IMG/VR virus record: IMGVR_UViG_3300032579_000011
Span: 1 to 64,000 of that record
Strand: one strand, 5' to 3'
Source of the DNA: a virus
DNA length: 64,000 bases
Under the pieces are notes generated by a model. That model was not told the DNA's origin, made no database searches, and worked only from the letters and a program-made list of their open reading frames with translations. This document shows, in pieces, positions 48,053 through 57,096 of this stretch (position 1 is the first letter of the stretch; every line of letters begins with the position of its first letter). Position numbers and translations under genes: made by a program.

Positions 48053-49053
48053 TTGGATTTGAAGAAAACGAAATTTCTATAAAGGCTAACGGCGGAACTG
48101 AGCTTGCTAAACGTAAGCTAGCTTCTCTAATTAATCCAAAAGATTTGGAAGAATTTCAAATTGTATGTTCAAGGGAACGCGAACTAAATTGGGAAAAAAT
48201 TAGAGTTTTCTGGTGTCATGATCTACCAGAAGATCCTGAATCGGCGAAGTTCAGGGATCAATCTTTTAGGGATAACTATCATAAGTTTGTTTTTATTTCT
48301 AACTGGCAGATGCAAAGGTATCAGCTAATTCATGGATTGGCTCACGATCCTAAGTCAATCGTAATTGAATCCGGTATTGAACCAGCGCCACAATCAGCTT
48401 TGGTTAAACCAAAAGACAAGATTCGATTGGTGTACACTTCAACCCCGCAAAGAGGATTGGAAATTCTTTTGCCGGTGTTTGATTCATTGGCGAAGATGCA
48501 TCCAGAAATTCATCTAGATGTATATTCAAGTTTTAAGATTTACGGTTGGGAAGATGCTGATAAGTCGTTTGAGCCTATGTATGATCAAATCAGAAATCAT
48601 CCTCAAATGACTTATCATGGATACGTTCCTAATGAAGAATTGAAGGAAGCGTTGAACAAGGCTCATATTTTTGCTTATCCAAGTATTTGGTACGAAACCA
48701 GCTGTAGAGCTATGTTAGAAGCTATGTCAGCTGGATTGGTCTGTGTTCATTCTGATGTTGGTGCATTACCAGAAACTTCTGGCGGATTGAATCTTATGTA
48801 TCATGCCGATCTTATGGACAAAAATCATCACGCGAATATTTTCATCAATCATCTGAATAATGCAATTAATTTTGTGAAAAGCAATCAGGAACAAAATATG
48901 ATTATGTTCAATAAGGTTTTTGTTGATACTCGTTACAACATCAATCTAATCAAACATAAGTGGGATGTGATGATTGAGGATCAACTCGGTAAATATAAGA
49001 CTGTTGAGTCTCGTGGCAAGCCACAACAAAAATTTATTTACAGGACAATTTAA
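48049..49053 (+). CDS. GT-B glycosyltransferase
   Basis: GGTE, YTSTPQRGL, YPSIWYETSC..MLEAM...GALPE. Confidence 0.88.
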   Translation: MIGFEENEISIKANGGTELAKRKLASLINPKDLEEFQIVCSRERELNWEKIRVFWCHDLPEDPESAKFRDQSFRDNYHKFVFISNWQMQRYQLIHGLAHDPKSIVIESGIEPAPQSALVKPKDKIRLVYTSTPQRGLEILLPVFDSLAKMHPEIHLDVYSSFKIYGWEDADKSFEPMYDQIRNHPQMTYHGYVPNEELKEALNKAHIFAYPSIWYETSCRAMLEAMSAGLVCVHSDVGALPETSGGLNLMYHADLMDKNHHANIFINHLNNAINFVKSNQEQNMIMFNKVFVDTRYNINLIKHKWDVMIEDQLGKYKTVESRGKPQQKFIYRTI

Positions 49054-50051
49054 TGATTCTTTCTAAAACGCCTTTGCGTATTAGTTTCTTTTCCGGCGGC
49101 AGCGACATGCCTTCTTTCTTTGAAAAGGAAAGCGGCGCTGCTTTGTCTGTTACGATTGATAAGTACATCTACGTGATGCTTCATAAGACTCCTCATTTGG
49201 GAATTAAGATCATGTACGACACGATCGAAGAATTCCCCGACGTCGAACAGATGCAACACGCTATTACTAGAGAAAGTTTGAAACACTACGACGTGATTAA
49301 AGAGTATACGATCGCTTCGATCGCCGATATTTTAGCTAAAGGATCTGGACTTGGATCTTCTTCGGCCTTCACTATCGGTCTGGTTAATTGTCTGGCGCAT
49401 AGAGACGAACAGAGCCGTTACTCGTTGTTGACGCGCGAGTATCTAGCTCAAAAGGCATATTATATCGAACGAGAACTATGTAAGTATCCAGTCGGTAAGC
49501 AAGATCAATACGCCTCGGCTTATGGCGGTATGAACCTATTTGAGTTTCATGGTGACGGTTCTGTTGATATTAAACCTTTAACTTACGATCGAAATCTTTG
49601 GAGTAATCTAGAAAGGAGATTGTTACTTGTTTATTCTGGTCGCGGACGTAATGCAAATTCTATTTTACAGAAACAAGCGGCTGCAATGAACGAAAAAGAT
49701 AAGTTTGACTTAGTCAGAAGGTCTAGAGATAAAGCTTTTATTGGTGCAAAATTGCTGAGCGAAAATAAACTCGACGATTTCGGTAGTTTGCTCCATGAAG
49801 CGTGGATGGATAAAAAGGGTGTCGCCGCCGACATCACTAACGACTACTTCGACCAGATATATGATAGAGCTCTAAAGGCTGGCGCTCTAGGCGGAAAACT
49901 TCTCGGTGCAGGCGGTGGTGGTTTCTTCTTATTTTACGTCGATCCCAATAATCGCGATAAAGTGATACAATCAGTAACTAGAGACACCAACTGTAAAATT
50001 TACGATTTCGGTTTCACGGATTACGGTTCAAGAATAACAAGCAGCTGCTAA
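49053..50051 (+). CDS. hddA: GHMP kinase, D-glycero-alpha-D-manno-heptose-7-P kinase type
   Basis: PLRISF..GGSD, GSGLGSSS, GKQDQY, GKLLGAGGGG. Confidence 0.85.
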   Translation: MILSKTPLRISFFSGGSDMPSFFEKESGAALSVTIDKYIYVMLHKTPHLGIKIMYDTIEEFPDVEQMQHAITRESLKHYDVIKEYTIASIADILAKGSGLGSSSAFTIGLVNCLAHRDEQSRYSLLTREYLAQKAYYIERELCKYPVGKQDQYASAYGGMNLFEFHGDGSVDIKPLTYDRNLWSNLERRLLLVYSGRGRNANSILQKQAAAMNEKDKFDLVRRSRDKAFIGAKLLSENKLDDFGSLLHEAWMDKKGVAADITNDYFDQIYDRALKAGALGGKLLGAGGGGFFLFYVDPNNRDKVIQSVTRDTNCKIYDFGFTDYGSRITSSC

Positions 50052-50123
50052 ACCTAAATAATAGTGCTTGACGAAAAATAAATTATAAGGTATAATATAT
50101 TATGAAACCCAAAGAGAAATTAA

Positions 50124-50507
50124 ATGGATAGTAACAACGTCGTAATTTTTCCAAAACAAAATTTAAATGTTAAGATTCCTGAATTTTCTATGGAAGAAAT
50201 AAATCGTAACGTCGAAATGATGAAACACTATCATATTCAAGAAACTCTATCCAATTTAGCCCCAATCATTTTCAATCAATTAGAAATTGCTGGATTTAAT
50301 ATTTCTGACGAAGAAGATGAAGATATTAAAGATGGCGCTTTTGTCGTAGAATCGTTAAGATCTATAATGTGTAAATATTACGGTATATATCATCCATTTC
50401 AAAAAATTGCCGATAGCGTGTTTGTTCCGGATAAAGAAGAAACTGGTGCTCTAAAAATAACTGACTCTCTTAATATAGAATTGAAAAATATCTCAAACAA
50501 AAGGTGA
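50124..50507 (+). CDS. Hypothetical protein
   Basis: Promoter 50068-50096; NVVIFPK...HPFQ. Confidence 0.7.
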   Translation: MDSNNVVIFPKQNLNVKIPEFSMEEINRNVEMMKHYHIQETLSNLAPIIFNQLEIAGFNISDEEDEDIKDGAFVVESLRSIMCKYYGIYHPFQKIADSVFVPDKEETGALKITDSLNIELKNISNKR

Positions 50508-50511
50508 AATT

Positions 50512-51351
50512 TTGATTATCGTTGATCTGTCTCAGGTGATGTTGTCTAATCTTATGATGCAACTAGGCAACCATACAAACGCTCAAGTTGAAGAAAATAT
50601 GATTAGACATATGGTCCTCAACTCGCTTCGTTCTTATAAGTCAAAGTTTGGTGATGAATATGGAGAAATGATTATTGCTTGCGACAATACAAACTATTGG
50701 CGTAAACAAGCTTTTCCTTATTATAAAGCCAACCGTAAAAAGAATCGTCTTGCTTCAGAGTTAGATTGGAAATCTATTTTCGAATGTATGAATAAGATTA
50801 GGGCAGAGCTCAAAGAATTTTTCCCGTATAGAGTTATTGATGTTGAATCTGCTGAGGCTGACGATATTATAGGAACTCTGGTTAGAGAATTTGACGATAA
50901 AATTCTTATACTTTCTGGGGATAAAGATTTCGTTCAACTTCATAATCGCAACAACATTAAACAATATGACCCCACTAGAAAAAAGTGGTTGTCTCATAAC
51001 GATCCCCAAAAATTCCTTAAAGAACATATTTTAAAAGGTGACTCTGGCGATGGCGTACCTAACGTACTTTCTGCTGATAATTGCTTTGTTGTTGGGGACC
51101 GTCAGAAACCGTTGACTTCTAAAAAATTCGATCATTATATGAATTTAGACCCGTCTAAATACGATAGTATGGTAGCTAGAAACTATCAACGTAATAAAGA
51201 GCTTATTGATCTTAACTTTACTCCAGAAGAAATTAGAAGTAAGGTTATAGAGCAATATAATAATCAAAACAATAAAGATAAATCTAAGTTGATGAATTAT
51301 TTCATCAGCAACAAACTTAAAAATTTAATGGAAAATATTGGAGATTTCTAA
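50512..51351 (+). CDS. rnh: T4-type RNase H / 5'-3' exonuclease
   Basis: YWR...YYKANR, EADDII, SGDKDFVQL, GDSGDGVPN. Confidence 0.93.
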   Translation: MIIVDLSQVMLSNLMMQLGNHTNAQVEENMIRHMVLNSLRSYKSKFGDEYGEMIIACDNTNYWRKQAFPYYKANRKKNRLASELDWKSIFECMNKIRAELKEFFPYRVIDVESAEADDIIGTLVREFDDKILILSGDKDFVQLHNRNNIKQYDPTRKKWLSHNDPQKFLKEHILKGDSGDGVPNVLSADNCFVVGDRQKPLTSKKFDHYMNLDPSKYDSMVARNYQRNKELIDLNFTPEEIRSKVIEQYNNQNNKDKSKLMNYFISNKLKNLMENIGDF

Positions 51352-51762
51352 ATGCAGGTTGGTGTAGCTGAGTTCCTAGAAAAGGTTGGGAAACTCAAGA
51401 AAACTGAAGAAAAAGTAGCCGCAATAAAAGCCAACGATAGTTTGGTTTTACGTGTGGTTCTTCAAGGATGTTACGATCCCTCTATTGTTTGGTTGTTACC
51501 AGAAGGTGCACCTCCATATAAGCCGAACGATCTTAACGACCAGGAAGGTGTTCTAATTAGAGAATGTACGAAACTTAGATATTTCATCAAAGGGTTTCAC
51601 GATAATCTAAATCAAAACAAAAGAGAAACGATGTTCGTTCAACTACTTGAAAATTTAGCTCCCAAGGACGCTGAGCTTCTTTGTCATATTAAAGATAAGA
51701 AACCCCTTAAAGGAATTACCCTTCAACACGTAGTAGAGGCATTACCCGGACTTATTCGATGA
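51352..51762 (+). CDS. Conserved T4-like hypothetical protein
   Basis: LPEGAPPY...KRETMFVQLLE. Confidence 0.75.
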   Translation: MQVGVAEFLEKVGKLKKTEEKVAAIKANDSLVLRVVLQGCYDPSIVWLLPEGAPPYKPNDLNDQEGVLIRECTKLRYFIKGFHDNLNQNKRETMFVQLLENLAPKDAELLCHIKDKKPLKGITLQHVVEALPGLIR

Positions 51763-51950
51763 GCAAACAGAACGTTAAAAAGTTCAAAAAGAACGATTTT
51801 TCTTACGAAGAAGAAGATAACTATGACAACCGTAGTTATTACCTAGAAAAAAAGAAACAAAAGCGAATAGAAAAAGCCCTTAAAACTAAGGATATTTCCG
51901 GGTTGCTCGAAGAAGATGAAGACGACTATCACGAAGATGATTGGAAATAG
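51759..51950 (+). CDS. Small charged hypothetical protein
   Basis: ATGA coupling. Confidence 0.6.
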   Translation: MSKQNVKKFKKNDFSYEEEDNYDNRSYYLEKKKQKRIEKALKTKDISGLLEEDEDDYHEDDWK

Positions 51951-51952
51951 AT

Positions 51953-52195
51953 ATGCCAACTTATTTGTTTATTAACAATGAAACCGGCGAAGAGTATGAA
52001 AATTTCATGAGCATTTCAGCTCTTGAAATCTATTTGAAAGAAAATCCCCAAGTAACTCAACTCGTTAACGGAGCTCCGTTAATCCATTCCGGTAGAGGTC
52101 TAAAAAAACCAGACTCTGGATTTAGGGATGTCCTTAAAAAGGTGAAAAGAGAAGCCCAGAGAGGAATAAGTAGAAGCACCGTTAATACTTTTTAA
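51953..52195 (+). CDS. Conserved hypothetical (FmdB-like, Cys-less)
   Basis: MPTYLF.N.ETGE...GFRDVL. Confidence 0.65.
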   Translation: MPTYLFINNETGEEYENFMSISALEIYLKENPQVTQLVNGAPLIHSGRGLKKPDSGFRDVLKKVKREAQRGISRSTVNTF

Positions 52196-52206
52196 TCAGG
52201 ATAAAA

Positions 52207-52953
52207 ATGGAACATAGTAAGCGTCTAACAAGAAAAGAAAAAAGAATCCTTCGTCAGCAAAACGGAAAAGAAAATACAAATCAAGAAAAATTAAATTTTA
52301 ATCTTAAACACGTAGAACCATTAACCGAAAATCAAAAACGTTCTTTTGAAGCCTATCAACAAGGCAAAAATTTAATGCTTCACGGGATTGCTGGAACGGG
52401 TAAGAGCTTCATATCTTTATATCTAAGTTTGAACCAGATATTATCCGAAAACAGCGTTTACAAAAAGCTTGTTATTGTTAGAAGCGTTGTTCCAACAAGA
52501 GATATGGGATTCCTACCCGGAAGTCCTAAAGAAAAGGCCAAAGTTTATGAATCTCCTTATTATGCGATATGTTCTGAATTATTTGGAAGAGGAGATGCCT
52601 ATGATTACCTCAAAAACAAGAACCTTGTTGAGTTTATATCAACTTCTTTCATACGCGGTGTTACTCTTAATGATTGTATTATTGTCGTTGATGAAATAGC
52701 TAATCTAACTCTCCACGAGCTTGATTCTGTAATTACTCGTGTTGGTAAAAATTGTAAAATTATATTCTCTGGAGACTTTAGACAATCTGATTTCACTAAA
52801 GATCAAGAAAAGAATGGTCTCAACGATTTCATGCGTATTATTAAAAGAATGAAATCTTTTGAATTCATAGATTTTCAACGCGAGGATATTGTTAGATCAA
52901 AAATGGTAAAAGATTATATTATATCAAAAGAAGAATTAAGAATTGTCACGTAA
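52207..52953 (+). CDS. phoH: PhoH-family ATPase
   Basis: GIAGTGKS, GFLPG, SFIRG.T, VDE, GDFRQSD, DIVRS. Confidence 0.93.
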   Translation: MEHSKRLTRKEKRILRQQNGKENTNQEKLNFNLKHVEPLTENQKRSFEAYQQGKNLMLHGIAGTGKSFISLYLSLNQILSENSVYKKLVIVRSVVPTRDMGFLPGSPKEKAKVYESPYYAICSELFGRGDAYDYLKNKNLVEFISTSFIRGVTLNDCIIVVDEIANLTLHELDSVITRVGKNCKIIFSGDFRQSDFTKDQEKNGLNDFMRIIKRMKSFEFIDFQREDIVRSKMVKDYIISKEELRIVT

Positions 52954-53605
52954 AATATTCAAACATAATTTTGTACCATTCGTCGAATTAAAAACCGAAA
53001 ATATTAACGGGCGGCGCCACTACGTGCTGCCCGATGGCGTCACTAAACTTAAATCAGTAACAACTATACTAGGCGAAAAATTAGACAAAACTGCATTGAT
53101 TGAGTGGAAGAAAAGAGTCGGTGAAGCTGAAGCTCAAAGAATTTCAACTCAAGCCGCTCGAAGAGGCACAGCCATACATAAAATGGCTGAGAAATATGTT
53201 CTAAACGAAAACAACATATTTGAAAATCAAATGCCTGTTAATATAGAATCATTTGATCCTATTAAACAAATACTAGATAAACATGTTGATAATTTATTCG
53301 GCGTTGAGTTACCTCTTTATTCTAAATCTCTTAAGTGTGCCGGTCGAACAGACTTGGTTGGTGAATATGATGGCGTTTTGTCTATCATAGATTTCAAAAC
53401 TTCAAGGAAACCTAAGAAATTAGAATGGATCGAAAACTATTTACTTCAATCCACAGTTTATTCCATGATGTTTGAATGGACGTATAAAATAGCAGTTCCA
53501 CAAATCGTTATTATTATCACAGTTGATAATGAAAAAACGCCCCAAGTATTTAAACTGGAGCGTTCTCAATATGTTAAAAGAGTGTTGGAAGTGTTTACTT
53601 CATAA
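52943..53605 (+). CDS. PD-(D/E)xK exonuclease
   Basis: SVTTIL, RGTAIH, AGRTD, IIDFKTS. Confidence 0.85.
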   Translation: MSRKIFKHNFVPFVELKTENINGRRHYVLPDGVTKLKSVTTILGEKLDKTALIEWKKRVGEAEAQRISTQAARRGTAIHKMAEKYVLNENNIFENQMPVNIESFDPIKQILDKHVDNLFGVELPLYSKSLKCAGRTDLVGEYDGVLSIIDFKTSRKPKKLEWIENYLLQSTVYSMMFEWTYKIAVPQIVIIITVDNEKTPQVFKLERSQYVKRVLEVFTS

Positions 53606-53948
53606 ACATAAAAATTAATAACACGAAAATTAAAACTCCCCAAAAATATTTCGATGAGATCAAAGAATTCAAAGCTTCTGTTTCGGCTTTGGATAATTTC
53701 TTTGATCTCATTTTTTTGTATTTAATTTTCTTAGGACCAGAAGAAAAAATAGTTTTTCTCATAGTCATACCACCAGCGTGATATGTTTGTGTTAGTTTAG
53801 TTTTTCCGTTTGGAGATTGAGAAATCGTAGTTCTACCATTTTTATTACCAATAGATTGTGAATGGGTAAATCCTTTACCATAATTCGTTGTTGTGGTAAA
53901 TCTAACTCCGCCAGGACCTTTTATTGTTCTTTTAACCCAGTTTGCCAT
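53595..53948 (-). CDS. Basic protein with C-terminal TM helix
   Basis: Late promoter plus GGAG RBS hairpin. Confidence 0.65.
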   Translation of the reverse strand: MANWVKRTIKGPGGVRFTTTTNYGKGFTHSQSIGNKNGRTTISQSPNGKTKLTQTYHAGGMTMRKTIFSSGPKKIKYKKMRSKKLSKAETEALNSLISSKYFWGVLIFVLLIFMFMK

Positions 53949-54022
53949 AAAAAATACTCCGGAATGCGCTCCCGGAGTATTTATCTTCGTATTTTAAATG
54001 ATGTATTAAAGTAACAATTTCA

Positions 54023-54379
54023 TTACTGAACAAACACACCAGTAACTTTAACAACCTGACCGTTAGGCAGTACTACGTTAGCGACAACAGGTGCATTAGA
54101 TTTACGTACAGCGCCTGCCTTAACAGGAGCGGCTGGTGTTACTGAAGCATTCTTAACAGCAGCACAAATAGCGTTAGCAATAGAATTTGCATCAGTGGTT
54201 ACGTTAGATGATACATTAGGAATCATTCCAGCAAGTTCAACAGCGGTTGGAATGAATTGACAAGCCTGAAGAGTTGCCGCTTGAATCTGTGCAGCAGTGA
54301 TAGTTGTTCCCGCAACATTACAACCAGCCAAAGCTAATCCTGATACTAATACTGTTCCAATTAAAATATTCTTGTTCAT
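54023..54379 (-). CDS. Lipoprotein
   Basis: Lipobox LALAGC; GGAG RBS. Confidence 0.7.
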   Translation of the reverse strand: MNKNILIGTVLVSGLALAGCNVAGTTITAAQIQAATLQACQFIPTAVELAGMIPNVSSNVTTDANSIANAICAAVKNASVTPAAPVKAGAVRKSNAPVVANVVLPNGQVVKVTGVFVQ

Positions 54380-54939
54380 TTAGATTCTCCTATATATTGT
54401 TGATAAATTTTTTGTTCTGTTGGGTCTAATTCTTGACCATCTTTTAATTTTTGAATAATCACCATCATTTCAGCGTCCATCGGCGTTGTGTTTTTACCTA
54501 AAAACACCAAAATATCCAATATTTTTAAAACTGGTGCTGATAGAGGAACAAATGGCGAAATAAGTTTAGCTATATCGTCTATTAATGAACTACCAGCAAG
54601 AAATGGGTTGTTTCCCATTAATGCATCTTTTATGCCTTTCCAATCTATTCCTTCTGCTATTAGAATAGACTGAATAATTTTCTTAATATCTAATTTTTCA
54701 GAATTTGATTTTGGATAACTGTCGGCAAATCCAGCCAACATTTTAATTACTGCCTCGGCAACATTTGCTTGAGGAACAAAAGGTTTTGCAATTTCAAAAG
54801 CATCTTCCAAAGAAACAACACCTAATCCTAACCAATCTGAATTTTGAAATTTTTGACGTAATTCAAACCAATTAAGATTAGATGCAATTTGAATAGCGTT
54901 TTTTAAATTCGCTATTGTTTGATCGTCTATATTAATCAT
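54376..54939 (-). CDS. Hypothetical protein with internal duplication
   Basis: Two similar halves (..IAKPFVP.. / ..LISPFVP..); ATGA coupling. Confidence 0.6.
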   Translation of the reverse strand: MINIDDQTIANLKNAIQIASNLNWFELRQKFQNSDWLGLGVVSLEDAFEIAKPFVPQANVAEAVIKMLAGFADSYPKSNSEKLDIKKIIQSILIAEGIDWKGIKDALMGNNPFLAGSSLIDDIAKLISPFVPLSAPVLKILDILVFLGKNTTPMDAEMMVIIQKLKDGQELDPTEQKIYQQYIGESK

Positions 54940-55133
54940 TTACTTGCTGGAGTTTCAGGCATAACAATAGCTAGAAGTCCGCCAACAGCAACACCAACAG
55001 CAATTATACTATCTCCCAAAGCACCGGGGAATAATGTATGTATTGATACTGCCACTAGTCCGCCGCCAGCCCATGTGCTAGGCTCTTTAACTCTATCTGC
55101 TACCCATACAAGTGCTTTAATAACTTTATCCAT
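54936..55133 (-). CDS. Small 2-TM holin-like protein
   Basis: RVKEPSTWAG plus two TM helices; GGAGG RBS; late promoter upstream. Confidence 0.55.
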   Translation of the reverse strand: MDKVIKALVWVADRVKEPSTWAGGGLVAVSIHTLFPGALGDSIIAVGVAVGGLLAIVMPETPASK

Positions 55134-55192
55134 TATAACCTCCATATTTTTATTACCCAAAGGGCCATTCTTATTTATAAAATATGGATATT

Positions 55193-55220
55193 AAAAAAGG
55201 GCGGGGATGAACCCACCCTT
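55193..55220 (-). terminator. Rho-independent terminator after DUF2828 gene
   Basis: AAGGGTGGG-TTCATC-CCCGCCCTTTTTT on - strand. Confidence 0.8.
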
Positions 55221-55230
55221 AATTAGAAAT

Positions 55231-56664
55231 TTAGAAGTCGTAGCGATCAGACATTAATGTCTTAAGCATGATCGCCTCCGGAGTAAAGTCCTCCAAATCA
55301 GCAGCCAACACCGACTTAACGATAGTTGGAGAGAAACCAGAAACAAGAGCAACGCCTCGTTCATCGAACTTAACAGGCACATTTTCATGTGCATTCAAGT
55401 TCCAGAAAACGATGTTAGGCATATTGTAAGCATGATAGATATACTTACGAGCAATCATTTCCATAGCAGAGTCATCGTGAGTAGTGCACTGATCAAACTG
55501 CATGTCCGAAAGAATCAGCAGCATTGCAGGCATTTCTGACTGAGGAACATTACCTTCAATTGCAGTGAGAAGGATTTTATCCAGCGCGAGATGCAGGTTA
55601 GTGTTCATGTCCCACTTCGAAGTTACCATCTGCTTAACCTTATCGAGGATGTTACCACGAAGATGAAGCAGCTCAGGCTTGCCAGAGAAAGTCAAGAACG
55701 TATCCTTAAACTTACCAGTGTTCTTTTCAGCAAGGTAAAGACCAAGAGAAACAGAAACGTCAAGGCAAGTTACCTTCGACTTGGAGTTATAGCCACCAGC
55801 AGGTGAAGTCATTGAACCAGAAACGTCAACGAGCGGAAGGATGTTTGCATCACCAACAAAGTTAGGAAGATCATCCCACTGAGCACGAATGTGATCGAGG
55901 TTCGACTGATTATATGACGCATTGTAACCGTAAGGAGAAACACCCTTCAGCACATCATACGGATAAACCGCACCAGCATTGACCTTGACAGTCTTTGCTA
56001 CTTCAGGATCCTTCGAAACAAGAGCAGTAGTCCACTCCTTATACTTCTCAGTGTGACGTGAGAAAGCCTTCTTATATCTAGAAGAAGCAAGCGAAGGAAC
56101 ATGGTTGAAATTAATTTCATCCCAATTCTTAGCGCACATGTCCTGCTCAACAACCTTGGTCAAGCTAACCAGTGTCTTACGATACTGCTTAGGTGACATT
56201 CCAAGGAACGAACGAAGTTCAGCGGCTTCCTTACCCTTACGTGGCATCCACTTAGCAGCAAGACCATTCTTGGCTTCAAGAGCATCACGAACCATCGCAA
56301 ATGCGATCTGACGCAAATCACCCTTGGTAACAAAGATATCGTCCCAACGTCCAAGCTCGGGAACACGCTTCAAAAGACGCTCCGCATATGCAGGATCATG
56401 ATCACAAGCATATTCTAGAATATCCCGGAAAATCTTACGCTCACCAGCGCCTCCGCGAATATCACGCGCCCAAAGAACAACACGGCCAGCCAATTCCTTA
56501 TCTTGAACATAAGCTGCCGTAAAGTCAGGAATTACGTTCTTACCGCGAGATGCACCAATCTTATAGAAAAGATCAGTAACTGAATTGGCAGTAGACTTAC
56601 GAGCCTTCATACCATTAGTAGTACGAGCAGTCTGGTTCTTAACGGCATTAACAAATGTTGACAT
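55231..56664 (-). CDS. DUF2828-type protein (TROVE/Ro60-like helical domain + vWA)
   Basis: RDIRGGAGER, GRWDD, AAKWMPR, MIDAS DVSGSM, SDMQFD, VFWNL. Confidence 0.8.
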   Translation of the reverse strand: MSTFVNAVKNQTARTTNGMKARKSTANSVTDLFYKIGASRGKNVIPDFTAAYVQDKELAGRVVLWARDIRGGAGERKIFRDILEYACDHDPAYAERLLKRVPELGRWDDIFVTKGDLRQIAFAMVRDALEAKNGLAAKWMPRKGKEAAELRSFLGMSPKQYRKTLVSLTKVVEQDMCAKNWDEINFNHVPSLASSRYKKAFSRHTEKYKEWTTALVSKDPEVAKTVKVNAGAVYPYDVLKGVSPYGYNASYNQSNLDHIRAQWDDLPNFVGDANILPLVDVSGSMTSPAGGYNSKSKVTCLDVSVSLGLYLAEKNTGKFKDTFLTFSGKPELLHLRGNILDKVKQMVTSKWDMNTNLHLALDKILLTAIEGNVPQSEMPAMLLILSDMQFDQCTTHDDSAMEMIARKYIYHAYNMPNIVFWNLNAHENVPVKFDERGVALVSGFSPTIVKSVLAADLEDFTPEAIMLKTLMSDRYDF

Positions 56665-56686
56665 TTCACTTCTCCTTTGTTATCAA

Positions 56687-56742
56687 CAGATTGAACTTTT
56701 TTCTATTTTGCATATAGATTTTATTATTGCTGAACTCAATCT
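56687..56742 (-). ncRNA. CAGCA tRNA-like RNA unit 3 (56 nt)
   Basis: AGATTGA/TCAATCT-G stem, GTTCAGCA, TCTAT-ATGCAAA-ATAGA stem-loop. Confidence 0.7.
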
Positions 56743-56750
56743 TAATTAAA

Positions 56751-56814
56751 CAGTATCACTTTTTGCTTTTTTTGATTACAAGTCAAATGCATTTTGGATT
56801 GCTGAAATGATACT
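56751..56814 (-). ncRNA. CAGCA tRNA-like RNA unit 2 (64 nt)
   Basis: AGTATCA/TGATACT-G stem, TTTCAGCA, TTTGA-CTTGTAA-TCAAA stem-loop. Confidence 0.7.
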
Positions 56815-56823
56815 TAAACTTAT

Positions 56824-57042
56824 CAGGTTAGTCGCGGTATTGTGGTCCACCATCCTCCGAAGAGGTTCAGGTTATTACGAGTAACCCCGAAGGATTCTCG
56901 ACCACCCAGTGTTCATCAAAGTTCCCCCATCTTTCGATGGCTAAATCTCAGAAGGAAAGTCAAGCTTTCCAGAAGATGCCTCTAATCACTGCCTTCGCTG
57001 TTATCGCGATTTCAAACATAGGTTGTGTGCTGTATCTAACCT
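56824..57042 (-). ncRNA. CAGCA RNA unit 1 (219 nt, multi-hairpin)
   Basis: AGGTTAG/CTAACCT-G stem, ATACAGCA, GAAA and TTCG tetraloop hairpins. Confidence 0.7.
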
Positions 57043-57057
57043 TAATTCTTATCATTT

Positions 57058-57086
57058 ATAATACCGCGACTTAAGTTAAAAGTCAA
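57058..57086 (-). promoter_or_regulatory. sigma70-type promoter of the CAGCA-RNA/DUF2828 operon
   Basis: TTGACT-N17-TATTAT. Confidence 0.75.
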
Positions 57087-57096
57087 GTAGTATTTT

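Noticed and set aside
56824-57042. RNase P RNA (GAAGGAAAGTC on + strand)
   Set aside because: No matching 3' P4 strand; the segment forms a local hairpin, and the promoter and tetraloops indicate the - strand.
56687-57042. CRISPR array
   Set aside because: The units share structure rather than identical repeats, lengths vary widely, and there is no cas operon. The Cas4-like exonuclease at 52943 is a routine T4-like gene.
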